From Paraphysomonas bandaiensis (taxonomy: Eukaryota > Protista > Chrysophyceae), in NCBI GenBank assembly GCA_965644295.1, contig CBFFRP010000054.1, forward strand, positions 22,831-86,830: DNA of 64,000 bases, in the 5' to 3' direction. The notes below the pieces were generated by a model. That model was not told the origin of the DNA. It did not search any database and was given only the letters and a program-made list of their open reading frames with translations. Below are positions 25,749 through 38,501 of the stretch, one piece after another (positions within the stretch are counted from its first letter, which is position 1; the number at the start of each line of letters is the position of its first letter). The translations under genes and the position numbers were made by a program.

Positions 25749-26637
25749 ATGAGTACACCAACACGGACGATCCAAACACTGCGTCCTAGTCCTGTAACGC
25801 CAAATGCAAGCCCTATTAAGGATCCCAAGAAGGGTATATACACACGAGCTGAATTATCATTGAAAAAAGTTCCTGTGACACCTCTGAAACCACCCACACT
25901 TACGGAAGATGAAAAAGACGGTATCATTATGCGATATGTACGTGTTATGAATGTCTTACCATATTATTAGGATCAAAACTACCATACGAAGAATATCAGG
26001 ATGATCTGGAAGTAGGAGCTATTTTCAGTCGTCTTGACCATTATGTAGTCGATATACGTCACGACGAAGCACATATGAAATTCAGAGTGGTGTTGACATT
26101 ATTCAGCTGGATTACTTGTCTGATTGGCACCTTCCTTATACTATTCTCCAGGGCTGAAACTGAAGGTATGCTTTCTCATAATGCCTTTGTGATAATACTA
26201 CTGCATGCTTTGTGTTTGCTTACGTTCTCTTACGGAATCTTGTGTGCATAGCGTTTCAGAGTCAACCTAAAATCTTTTGGTTATTTGTCCTTGGATGTGT
26301 GCTTGAGGTACCAGTAATTTTGTGGTTTATTCTACTATTCTGCTCGTCAAAAAAGGAGTGGCAACGGCGAAAAGAAATCAGACGCCGCAGGAAACAGCGG
26401 CTAAAGGACCTTGAGATTGGTGGTGCACAGTTCAAAGGTGAAGTTCAGGATAAAAGAGTGGAAAGGGTCCTCGCGGCTAAAATGGCGAAATATGAAAAAC
26501 AAGCAGAAGAAAGACGCGTATATTCTGGTAATCCTATGGGTTATCCGGATGAAGATCCAGAGGATAAACGACATAGGAAAAAGAGGCCCCTTGCTGGCGG
26601 AAACACTATAAAAATGGATCCAGTGCGTCCTAGATGA
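25749..26637 (+). CDS. Hypothetical two-TM protein with a basic C-terminal tail; exons ~25749-25920, 25971-26165, 26252-26637
   Basis: In-frame GT-AG joins; hydrophobic segments VVLTLFSWITCLIGTFLILF and IFWLFVLGCVLEVPVILWFILLF. Confidence 0.75.
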
Positions 26638-27922
26638 CATTTCGATTTTAGAGTCTAGCTGTGTCATATATATGTTCAGTGCAACTTCGATATTTTATCT
26701 CATTGTATGATGAAATAGGTGTTTTTTGCTTGGAATATTCCGGTGCTATACATGTTACAGTGTTTGTTAATGTGGAGTGTTGTTATCACAAGTGGTTGAT
26801 TGTACTCCACTGTGTTCTATTGGATAGGTGTTAGCCCTATTCTTATAACTAAGTAGAATTTATATGAAAATTACCGTGTATAAATATGTTTCGACAGCTG
26901 AAATGGTGAATACTATACATTACAATACTGCACGCATTATATTGAAATCACAGAAATACATTAATATGGATTACTGGCTTGAAGCTTCCTCAACTACGTC
27001 AATACAACGGAGTTCACAACGACCTCGGGAGCGTATAACTGGAAGTACTACTTGTACAAAGTACAAAGTGAAGGTGTAGAGTATGATACTACGTATCATA
27101 AAAATATTCTAGTTAGTTTGAAACTGCTTTATACAAAACCACAATGCAATTGAGGCGAAGGTATGACTTCATACATAGATTACTAGAATTATTGATATCT
27201 GAAGCAATTGCTCTACCGCATACCCCGATATTGGTTCGTGTGTATAATGTATGATTTAAAAATTAACCGGGATGAGAGTACGTATACACGATACACTATA
27301 CATCGACAAACTGTTCCTTGATCTTCTTCTAACACCAATTAGCTGATTCAAAATATTATACACAAGGGTTCACTGCATTTTTTGAAGCCTATGCATTAGA
27401 AATAATAATTGAGGAGCCTCTAAAACTGTAATTTAATACTCTTCATGCACTTATACAAAGTCTTATCCAAACAAACGATCATCAGGCTACAGTGTTAGTC
27501 CCAGATCATGCCGCTGACTTGACAATAGGGGACACAATATGCATGTTCTGAATACGTACGACTGTACCAGGGCTATGAGTAAAAACCGGAGATTTAAGGA
27601 AATTATGGCTTTTTCATTGCGAAAAGTAAGTTTTTCGACAATTTTTCTAGTATATTCACACAGTACTTTAGTTTCCAAATCCGGTGGTTTACAGCTAGCT
27701 AAAAAAGAAAACAAGACATTTTATACAAAACTGGTTTAAAAATTAAGTTCTCTAAACCCTTAATTTCATAGTTTTTTGTATGAGTGTATATATAGAATAG
27801 TGCGTGGATCTTTAATTAAGCCAAGCCCAGTGATGTCATAGTGTGGTAGAGTTAACCATGAAGCAGATAACTATGATATCTATCATTATATATGGATATT
27901 AACAGATCATTATAAGATAAAT

Positions 27923-29255
27923 ATGTGGAATGCACCTACATATAACACTAGTAAAGACAAAGATCCTCATCATATATACACTCAACCTAACGCTCTTATA
28001 GATACTCATACTGGCTATCGTCTCTATTACAGGCCTCCTCATAACCCATATATAGTAAACAATGGTAAACTAGACGCACTAGAGTATCCTGACAATCCAC
28101 ATATACGTGCAAGAGTATCTGAACTAGAGTGGAAGTTATTCACTGCTACATTACGCTCTGTATGGGTATATAGCAAGAAATACACTCCTCATCGTGTTGT
28201 TGCAACAATTATTGTTATTATTGGTGCTGTTGTTGCCAGTCAGTATGTTCCATCATATTGGTATTTAGTTATAATTGGCTCCGTGGTGTTATGCTACTTT
28301 GCCAATGTCAGATTCCGTAATGGTCGATTAACTAAGAGTATGAATGGATTGTACAGGACCATATCACTATTTAACAAGTATCTCTTTAGAGACAGAGGTT
28401 TACAGGTGACAGTATTAATGATATCTTACCACATGCCGTTTACATCGTTGTTTTTCTTGTATGCTGCCGATATCTTACCTCAAATACGTATGCAGTTGCG
28501 AGTGCAGCGAGCCGCTGTAAGTGAAGGAGTTCTTTATGGACATATTGCCCACTGCTACATCAAAATAGATATTTCACACCCAGCTACTTGTGCGGCTTTG
28601 ATGGAGCAACACCCATGTCCTTTGTGGGGCGAAAAAGTACAGCCAGATGACGACTACAGACCTATCCACATGTGTTGCTGTTGCATTGGAAGTAGTTTCA
28701 CCTATTATTTAAATGAAAATAAGGTATGGATGATTTATGATATATATATTTTTCTGGGAAAATACTTAATATAAAAATAGATACACGATAATGATCTAAA
28801 GAAACGTATTAAATCGGCCACTGCATCGTCCGGAATGTCTCTGGAGGACGTCATTGTCGCCAGCCCTCGCTCTCCTGATTCAACGCCTCGTAAGGTATAC
28901 ATAATGAACTACTTATAAATAAATGAGAATTGTATGCGTGGACCTTTTTATTGAAACCTGTGTTAATCCGACTGTATAGCTTGCTATATCATACTCGCCC
29001 TTAAAATCTTCTACCGGGAGTTCTATTCACACCACTCCTTCCAGCCCAACTAAGAGCCCAGCAAACCCTGCCAAAGAGAAAGTTGGTGACATTAATTTGA
29101 AGAAGACATCTAATACCATTGATGATTCTGCTGCATCTGATGAGCATGGCCCAGATTTAGCGAGACTTATGATGGTCAGTCTGAGTGACACAGAATCGGA
29201 GGCTTCTCCATCTAAGTACCAGGAAATCTCAATGTCGGCCAGTGAAAAAGTCTAG
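27923..29255 (+). CDS. Hypothetical membrane protein (two TM helices, CCCC patch, Ser-rich tail), multi-exon
   Basis: 283-aa ORF plus downstream GT-AG exons ending SASEKV*; internal exon boundaries approximate. Confidence 0.7.
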
Positions 29256-29754
29256 GATAAGGTCTTTTTTGCAGTCGTTGCTGCTTTTCTAATGTGCTAT
29301 GTACGATTACTTATTCATCAGTGTCAACGTTTCTATCCTACCAGTACATAGTACATAGTATTTAGAGTGCGAAATCTGTAATACAACTTCAGTTTGCATT
29401 TCCTCTAGATACTCCAAAAATTTGTTGACCGGCTGTTTGATATAGAGATCGTCCTACTTGTCAAAGACGCACACACGGCCAGTTGTTGGTGATTTCATTA
29501 CGAGTTATAAGTTATACATAGTTGCTGAAACGTATTATGTCTCTATCATTATTCATAGCTAACACTACCTTACACTCATCTGCAATCACTCTATATCATA
29601 CAAGATGGCGTCAATTATAATTGCAATTATGACGTGTTATTCTTTTATAGAGTTTATAGAACACAAGTTCATTCGTTCGTGTCTACTAGTTATAAAGTGC
29701 TCGAAATAATATTAGGCTACTAAGTACAGTACAGCAACACCGATCACCGATATA

Positions 29755-32194
29755 TCATAGTTTACACTCATTCGCTATTTTCTTGAGGACATCGAATGGA
29801 AATATATCTGCGTAATACCCATCACTCCATACGAATGCGACTCCATAGTTTCCTTTGCAGTCAACCTCTACAGGACGGACGGTTGAATACTTTGCCTTGA
29901 GCTCAGATACACCTTCATTGTTGGGGTTCACTATATCGCCTAATGTAGGTTACAGAAACTATCAGGATACGCGGCGGACGTCACCTGTCAGTGGGTCTCT
30001 TATGCGCAGCTCAGACGCAGGAATTGTGTACTCTATTGCTTGAGATGGAGTGAAATACCTAGAAACATATATCAATATCTCTACACTATGGGATAACAAA
30101 TATTACCTCAGTACTATTACATTTCTTCTATCACTGTAGCTCACTTGAGGAAGCTGCGTACATATATAAAAGATACATTATGATATCATTCAATGTAGAC
30201 CACGATACACTTACAATCTGAGCCTCTATCTGCAAATTAAATATCTGGGCTAGTACGCCGGTTGCAAGGTCGCGAAAATTCATTGAGTGCAGGGAGTCTG
30301 GATGCCTCTCAACGTGAGGAATCGGGTGAGCATGAGGACGAAGTGAATTGTCCAAGCTTGACACTAAACAGTATTAATATAAGACAAGCCCTTCGAACAG
30401 TAAATCTCAATCTATTCGTTGCATACGTATTAATAGTGATGACCACACCTTCATCAGTTAGGCTAGAGAGGTCGCTTGACATGCCAAATGAATGAACAGG
30501 CACGGAAGAGGACTGTACACCGCTGCAAGCTTTCTGCACCCGCTCCTTCAGCAGTTCTCGGGATATGCGCCCGAATGGATAATATACGCTTCCGTGTTCA
30601 CATGTGAAGGAACACATGTTTTCTACCTATAAACAAAAAGCGCGGCTCATATTATATTGTTGATGTGGGCGTAGAAATATATGGCAAGAAGTATATAACC
30701 TCACAGTAATGTCACACACAACTAAAATTCAAATTCTTACAATAGCCAGAGTGGGTACTTTCATATCACTGAACATCTCTACCCCTTTAACTACATCCGC
30801 CACAGCCAAAACGTGTGGTGTTGTGACAATTACAGCTCCTGTGAATGGTATAGTCTGACTTAAGGTAATTTGAATATCCCCAGTTCCAGGCGGCATATCA
30901 ACAACCTACGACAGATGAACTTGAGTGGAGATTAAGGATAAAAACGTTGATAAAAGAAGACATTACAATTTGCAAAAAGCATACACACCATGTAGTCGAC
31001 ATCACCCCAATCCGTGGCTGCAACGAGCTGATTTATGACTCGAGATACAATAGGCCCTCGTACAACAGCTGCAGATTTCCCCCCCTACGCAAGTGTCAAA
31101 ATCATACCGCATACAGAATTATCATAACTTGGCGCATATAGTTTACAAAATATGTACAATAATATGCAATTACATGTCTTGGCCAGGCATTGAAAATGAA
31201 GGAATATTATGTTAGAGTGCATACATACCGCTCCAGGCACCCCTGCCTTAGGGTTGACATGTCCAAACGACAGAAAGCGGACATTTCCTCTATCAAGAGG
31301 TAGAACATGGTCGGGGTTGTTTTGTGACCTTCGCACTGGCTGAGTGGGGTCGCTAGGAGTCACCATAAATGGTAGACTGCACAATACACAACGACTCAGT
31401 CAGCCAACAAAGACAGGCTGAAAGTGTACAATGTAAAAAATATGTATATGACGATATAATCACAAATTGATCAAAATTGTAGGTGTTGAAGGATACCTAG
31501 GGCCATAGACGTCAGCATCAAGCAGTGCCACCTTGAGACCTCTTTGAGCAAGTGAGAACGCCAGATTTACTGCAACTGTTGACTTTCCAACGCCCCCTGG
31601 ACGTATATTCACTATTTAGGCGATATAGGATGTAGGAGTGGGGTACCTTTACAGCTCGATACACCAATAATATGCTTCACGCCACGCAAGCCATTTGTTG
31701 TGGACGACACAGTCGCCGCAGCACTTACAGAAGGAGGTGGAGTAGATGTCGTGATAGCAACATCCGTCAACCACGATAAATCTTTCAAGGCATCTCGACA
31801 TTCTGTCTTGATCTACAGATATACTTTACATGGCATATGAAGAGCCATATACGGAGTCCGTCTCACCTTATCCTCATATGGATATCCAGGTATAAACATA
31901 TCCATACATAGGGATGCTTTCCCTGATTGATCCACATTGACACTCTATGATAACCATAACACACATATAGAAAGCTATATGAATAAATATACTGACTTGT
32001 ATCACTCCAATCTCATTGATAGTTTTCATAGTAACAGGCTCCTTAATAGATCCAATTCTATCAATGATTTCCCTCTCATATAATGCTTTTGTACGAGGGG
32101 AAACTCTTTGATTACACATCATACGACCATAAGATTGTTTTTTAAGTTGGTTAATTATATATGGGGAGATCGATGGTCGTAACATTGTGATCAT
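29755..32194 (-). CDS. HCF101: HCF101-like Mrp/NBP35 P-loop Fe-S carrier (N-terminal DUF59/MIP18-like, C-terminal DUF971-like), multi-exon
   Basis: IIGVSSCK|[22 protein letters not shown]|[11 protein letters not shown]|[29 protein letters not shown]-terminal [10 protein letters not shown]. Confidence 0.85.
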
Positions 32195-32434
32195 GTACTA
32201 TAGTAAGTTATAACTATGAGGGTTATGTATACGGGCTACACGTGTATGATAGGGATGAATTAATACTGAAGTAATGACCGGATGAAGTGGTCAAACTATG
32301 CATATACCATCAAACACGCCAATACAGCAATATGAAGTTAGGGGAACTTAATTAGAAGGATGCTGTGTGTGCATGCATGTATAGGTATGTATAGGTATAT
32401 GTAGGTCGATAGGTACATCATATCTATGTACATA

Positions 32435-32452
32435 TACAGCAGTACTGCTGTA
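32435..32452. promoter_or_regulatory. Perfect palindrome TACAGCAGTACTGCTGTA in a divergent promoter
   Basis: 18-bp palindrome; half-site TACAGCAGTA recurs in other intergenic regions (see findings). Confidence 0.45.
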
Positions 32453-32636
32453 CATCTAGACATAGTACCAATCGTACTGCGAGAGTACATATGCTGTACA
32501 TATTCAGACAGTTGCAGTGATCTATGGAGTGTTTATAGTTTAAAATTAGCTACAATCAAGCTTTACCATGTAACTAGCATAACAAGCAGATATATCGCGC
32601 ATTAATCATTAACAACACTATCTATATTACCATAAT

Positions 32637-33301
32637 ATGGCTCAATGGAAAATGAGTCCAGTTAAATTAAATAACTCTCATAGAGCTCATGTAATAGAAG
32701 ACAGCAGTGGATATGATGCTGAGGTTATGAAATACACATCCGAAGGTCATGATAAGATATCTTCAAGCTCTCTGTTATGCACAGCTTCGTCTATGTTTAA
32801 TGATGACGATGATCATATAAATGATGCGAAAAGAGATTCAGAGTGTAACTCTACTGGCAATAGACCACAAGACAATGAACTTATTACAATCGACTTGCAA
32901 CTAAATAACTCAACTACCAGTGACGATAAAGAGGTTCCTCTTCCCCGTGAGAAGCGAGTTTCATTTGATATCTCTGAGAGTCAGGAAGATAGTTTTGACG
33001 ACGTTTCCCAATTTGTTGCGTTGCGGGAAGCGATTAATAAACCAGCTGCAGAAGCTGAATCCTCATTCGAGTCAAACGAGATCATTTTTTTCCGAGAATT
33101 TCTAGAAAGAATTGAAAAGGAGTTTCCTTCTTCCTCTAGTAGAAACCAGTTGGATGTGAATAATATATCAACTGATACTTTGATGAATCTCGTCATGGAG
33201 AAGGTATGGGATAAACTTCTGACCTGTGTATAGTGTTAATTGATTTAATACAGCACAAGCTGCTAGAATCAGAGGGGATGTTTACCCTGAATTCTGAATA
33301 G
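32637..33301 (+). CDS. Hypothetical acidic/Ser-rich protein, 2 exons
   Basis: 198-aa ORF with donor AAG|gtatgg and a short last exon HKLLESEGMFTLNSE*; contains KRVSF (PP1-docking-like, weak). Confidence 0.65.
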
Positions 33302-34268
33302 CGTCTTTTCATTGTTTACTGGAAGGCCAAATTGCAAGCGTGTAGCTTCTGCGACGTTGGTTTTGTAAAGTTCTCTCTGTCGTATGGTGCCCGTACGAAT
33401 AATACCAGCGTATCTACTGTATCGCCACAAAGTGAGTGTTGTGGTCAGCAGTGCATTCGAATGAAAATGTTTATATGATGAGAGACCAGTTACTGTTAAT
33501 ATTGTAATGCATGTTTAGCTGCGATCAGTGGGCAACATATCCACTATTGTATCCCTTACCGTTGTCTTCGCTGACACTTTTGCCATGAATGTAGAATTAA
33601 ATATTTCAATAAATTCATTTGTTTCTTATGAATTCTACAAAAGATTTTATATTTACTATTCTACATTTTACCACATTTCGAGTCAAATTCTTGATAAGTA
33701 AACAAGGAACGATATTCCTAATTCCTATCCCCACGTTCGGAGAAACCGAAGCAAAGTGGAATAGTATTACTCACGAGGCATCACCCCTATACTCATCATC
33801 TCTATTAAATTATCAATATTACTATGTCGAATAGCACATGTGAAAATTGGTGAATGTAAATTCACTCAGGAGAGAGGGAAACACAACCCCACCTTGTCTC
33901 TGCTAGTGGCGTCGTAAGTTCTTCGTCATGCCTGTGGGAAATAGCTAATTACATATATATGCATACATAACCAAGTAGCTTTTTCGAAGAGAGGGTCCAA
34001 TGTCTACTTCTAATTGTGCCGTGTTGTATGGTGGTGGAAGTCTGAGACACCCCGTTCTTAAAGTTATTGCCACAATAAGAGTAATTAAAATCTATGGGTG
34101 ATGAAAAGAGATTGGGAAAGCAACATTATTTAAAACGATTATAAATGTGCTATAAAGCCCGTACAGATCAGATGTGTGCAACAGATAATACTATCCACAT
34201 GATATTTGAAGGACCAAGCTTCATTCCATATATTGATATAAGCAGATGCAAGACAGGAGGAACAAAAA

Positions 34269-34766
34269 TTAACAGCATCCACAGCCACGGCTTTCTTTCA
34301 TCCACTGAGCATTTTTATCTTCTTCTTTAACTGGACCTGATCCATCTGTGGCACTGTTTTTGGTTGATGAAGGAGAGTCCGAAGATGCTGTAGCTGCGAT
34401 TCCCTGCTGTCGTATTTGTCTAAGGGTGTTAACCCATAGTTGTGCTTCTGATTCACTCTTTGCACGCAAAGTGTATACCCGTGTGTTAAGCTCGAGCGCA
34501 AATAGACCTTCTTTTTTCTCCGGGTCCTCAGATGGTGGGATTAATCTGATATCCCCAACCTGAGGAAGACTTAGGGCGGCCAATAGCTTCTCCATTTTGC
34601 GTGACTTGTAGTAAGTCAGATAAACACCATTCGTTTCAAACCATCGACGTTGCCACCTTCCATCACGTGTCTTCTTATACAGATATCCACTGAGTACTGC
34701 TTCTTCTTGCAAATGAACGAATTCAGGTGCTGTTACAGGAGGTTTTTTATTTTCATCTGATGACAT
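34269..34766 (-). CDS. Small PH-domain protein ending GCGCC
   Basis: LSGYLYKK..GRWQRRWF..LTYYKS..FALELNTRVYTLRAKSESEAQLWVNTL. Confidence 0.9.
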   Translation of the reverse strand: MSSDENKKPPVTAPEFVHLQEEAVLSGYLYKKTRDGRWQRRWFETNGVYLTYYKSRKMEKLLAALSLPQVGDIRLIPPSEDPEKKEGLFALELNTRVYTLRAKSESEAQLWVNTLRQIRQQGIAATASSDSPSSTKNSATDGSGPVKEEDKNAQWMKESRGCGCC

Positions 34767-35319
34767 ATTCACAAACTAACTGCAAGAAATACTTAATCAA
34801 TAAACATATATCTATATCAGTTAGTACTGTTTAATATTCTATATAGGAACTGTTGTGTGTTACTATGCTGATGATAACACTTTCAGTACTCTCATATGTC
34901 ATATGCACAGTATGTACTGCTGGACATATACACTCCCTGTACCTATAAAATCAATATCTAGTCGCCATTTTTTTTATACAGTTGAGATTTCGTAGTAGTG
35001 TATATATACCGTATACTCACTCATGTGTGAATTGTGTACTCCATATGTGCTACACTTTGTAGCTGATTTATTCTAGATTACGTATTCTGCTACTACTGCT
35101 ACTGTATATTCAGTTTATTTGTTTTAATTTCTTAATTTGCCTAAAATACCCTGATTTTTATGGTTCCAGTTTTTCTAAGGGTTTATTTAGGCACATACTC
35201 ACATATTTTATATCTATGGACATATAGAGGCCCATTAAACAGTAGACAAGACAAGAGTGTCCCGGCCACCTGCTATCTCATTTCCCAACATGATCATCAG
35301 TTGAATATTGATCTCTCAT

Positions 35320-35826
35320 ATGGTAGTAAGAAGAGTGGGTAACTGCTATGTGGTAGATAATTATGGGCCGGTGTCGTTCAGCGTGAGCTCTAATATAGCT
35401 GGTGTGTTTGTGACCTATACAGTGCTGTTATCTGGGACTCTTTTCGTGTATAATCTAGGGAATAAAATTGGAAGTATACATGTTTGGTTGACATTTGCGT
35501 ATGCGTTAACTACAGCCATCTTATTGCTTCTTCTAGCTGTGTTAGATCCAGGCATCATCATATATTCTAGTGCGGTGTCCAATGACTACGCCAACTGTTC
35601 TTTGTCTTCCTACTGCGATGTTTGTGGTATATCTCAGCCGCAACTAGCTTCGCACTGTGTCCTTTGCGATTGCTGTGTTGAAGAATATCACCATCATTGT
35701 CCTTGGCTGGGAAAATGCATTGGCCGAAAAAATAAACGTATCTTCTTTGTATTCAATTGTGTTTGGATTACGTATGTATTCTACGGTATTTTTATAATAT
35801 CTGCAAGTGTGTATGTAGGGCACTAA
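35320..35826 (+). CDS. DHHC-type palmitoyltransferase-like protein (HHHC variant)
   Basis: TM helices, DPG motif, CDVC..QPQLASHCVLCDCCVEEYHHHCPWLGKCIGRKN; start uncertain. Confidence 0.85.
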   Translation: MVVRRVGNCYVVDNYGPVSFSVSSNIAGVFVTYTVLLSGTLFVYNLGNKIGSIHVWLTFAYALTTAILLLLLAVLDPGIIIYSSAVSNDYANCSLSSYCDVCGISQPQLASHCVLCDCCVEEYHHHCPWLGKCIGRKNKRIFFVFNCVWITYVFYGIFIISASVYVGH

Positions 35827-36281
35827 TCATCTAACTAGCTCGGAACACACCTTCTCGTCAACTAGCATGCTTCTTCCTGTTAATTATCAGTGGAACGGCA
35901 TGAAGTGCATCATGTTGGTGTGTTGATGACTTAGACTGTTCTCAATATAGGAAGAGTAATATAGAATAAACAGCACATAGAGAGTGGCACCTTCCAGGTG
36001 TTTTCCACTGCTCAGAAGATATTGTAAGAATGAGAACTACTCTCAGAGGTGTGCAATCGTAAAAATGTAACTATTTGATTTTTAAGCAATTTACGCTGCA
36101 CATGGCCAACGTAAACCTGAGTTTCTGGTTAGATCTCCATTCCTCGTTTTTTCACATAATGAATTCAGAAGCAAAAAACTAAATTGTAAAACAACACACA
36201 CACAATTAATGAGTCAAGTGTGAAGCGATCGATTACTTATGACACCAAACAAGAAACTAAGCTAAGATCTAAGAACAAAAT

Positions 36282-36679
36282 AGTTAAGATATGAAACCCT
36301 TCATGCCTGGTACTCTTTTTGTATTACTGTATTCATGTGTGAGTACTGCATAGTATACTCTAGATACGTTGAGTATAACACCCAAGTGTTATATACGTGA
36401 GATTTGTCGAGTCATTTCACATTCACAACTGTGATCGTTGATATCATGACACCAAACAAAAAAACAAGCCGTGAACAACAGTCTCCTAAGTCCTAAGGTC
36501 ATGTGTTCAACACTTGCGTGAATGTTAATCGACACCTGAATGAGAAAAACTCAACAGGAGACTTGTTGTTTGTGTTTGTACTCAAACAGCATTCTGTCTG
36601 TTGTACTGTATAGTTTACATGAATACAGTTTTACAACAAAAGTATCATGCATGAAGCATGAAAAATTTCATATCTCAAC
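36282..36679. repeat. Degenerate foldback/MITE-like element with imperfect inverted arms of ~60 bp or more
   Basis: GTTAAGATATGAAA..TTCATG..TACT..TTGTA..ACTGTATTCATGT (36282-36338) matches the reverse complement of 36617-36679. Confidence 0.5.
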
Positions 36680-37362
36680 AAATATATGTTACATGAAGAG
36701 AGGTCATGAAAGTGACCCCGTGTGAACTCAGTTTTAGAACAATGAAGTCATAGCTGTAGCCTTTTAGGATGTGTCCATATTCAATGTTAAAAACTATATA
36801 CTTTGTAATAGTTTTTGTATAAGAATTCAAAACTCTGGTGAGTACAGTAACACAGTGAGTATATCATACATAACGGATGTAATACTTCAACTGCCCCCTG
36901 AATACGAAATACGAACACGTAAAACAAAAACGCGAAAGCCAGATAACTTCTTAAGATAAAATTCTTAAAGAAAACTGAATATCTTAGAAAATGAACACCC
37001 GAATATTAAAAGAACATAGAAAAAATAAGAAGTATAATCTGGTAATAAATATGACAAAACATTTGAACTTATATATATGCTATATATATCTTTATATTTA
37101 TTTAAAATCAAAGGATTCTATAGTTCTAAACGGTTTGCCTGTTGACCTTGTGCATTTAACAAATACATAAATGTACACAACAATAGAATATTTTGATTTA
37201 AATAGATGATTGACAACAAAATTCAAGAGAATATTGAGGAACATATAGAACAATCGCTTATTGAATCAGTTGACTGCCAACACAAAGACGAGCATTGAAA
37301 TCACAAAAATCAAGTCAGCAAGATTATTATCACGAGGTGGTACATATTTAAAAGTAACCGCA

Positions 37363-38040
37363 CTAACTATGTTTACTCATCATTACAGCTACTAATTCAT
37401 CTACATCGTCAACTCCTTTCTTAACATCAAACTGTTTCAAACGAGACTTAGTTCTGTAGTAGTCTACAACTGGGCCAGTTTCAGTGTCAAAAGCATCAAA
37501 TCGCCTTGCAATTGTTTCCTCAGTATCATCACCTCTACAAATCAAATCACGGGAGGAAGAGCATTTTTCATTTCCCAGAGGGCATGTATTAGGATCGGGG
37601 AGTATTGCGGGCATCATATGACCATTATGATTAACATCAGCAACATTGAAGTTTTGCCCACACCCAGCGCATATACGCCGTCCAAGAAGCTTTTGAATAG
37701 CAACATTTCTATCTAAGTGAATGTATACAGGAATAATGTCTGGAACACAGGACTCGAGATATTCTGCTTGCTCTACGTTTCTAGGAAACCCATCAATTAT
37801 CATGCCTGTATCACATTTGTTTATTTCTTCGCGAATAATTTTACATGCCAAATTTGTAGGAATTAATCGACCAGTATTAACAAATCTTTCAATTTCTAAA
37901 CCTAATTTAGATTTGTTGTTAAGTTCTTTTCTAATAATGTCTCCAAGTGATAAGTGTTTGAATGCTAGTTTCTTGCATATAAGAGTTGCAAATGTACCCT
38001 TACCAACTCCAGGGGCTCCAATAAAACAGTATTTACTCAT
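37363..38040 (-). CDS. Adenylate kinase, intronless, Cys-containing LID
   Basis: GAPGVGKGT, HLSLGDIIR, IIDGFPRN, GRRICAGC, RGDDTEETIARR. Confidence 0.95.
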   Translation of the reverse strand: MSKYCFIGAPGVGKGTFATLICKKLAFKHLSLGDIIRKELNNKSKLGLEIERFVNTGRLIPTNLACKIIREEINKCDTGMIIDGFPRNVEQAEYLESCVPDIIPVYIHLDRNVAIQKLLGRRICAGCGQNFNVADVNHNGHMMPAILPDPNTCPLGNEKCSSSRDLICRGDDTEETIARRFDAFDTETGPVVDYYRTKSRLKQFDVKKGVDDVDELVAVMMSKHS

Positions 38041-38501
38041 TTTCCAATTTAATAAAATTGAATAATGTGTAATTTATTAATAATTAACATACTGATAATG
38101 TACAGTGACTGTGTAAGATGCCTTGGAGTCCATTAGAGTCCACACTACGTTGTGTGTGTGTTCAATGACCTGCTCACTGCCCCACACACAGGACAGTGTA
38201 TTGGGGTATTTCGGTATTTCATATTTCGCACTTATAGAAAACCAGTTTATGTTGATAAATATCAGACTTTTTATAGTAAATTCTGAAAAATATAGCAATT
38301 CTGTATTGAGAAATTCAGTATTATGATGCATATTCATTCACTCTATGTACAATCCACTCTATTCATAGCTGTATACCGTGCGTACATGCATATGAGCGAC
38401 TGCACTCATAGTATCACTATCCTCCTGCGAGATCTTAATGGAACTATTAATACAATCACCATTATAATAATCAATAAATTCTTTATCAAATTAATCATAA
38501 C

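Noticed and set aside
17607-32194. Fe-S gene cluster (TYW1 + HCF101)
   Set aside because: They are 10 kb apart with unrelated genes between, and probably act in different compartments.
34030-34175. GGAAGTCTGAGAC resembling RNase P RNA CR-I
   Set aside because: One base short of consensus and no convincing CR-V partner.
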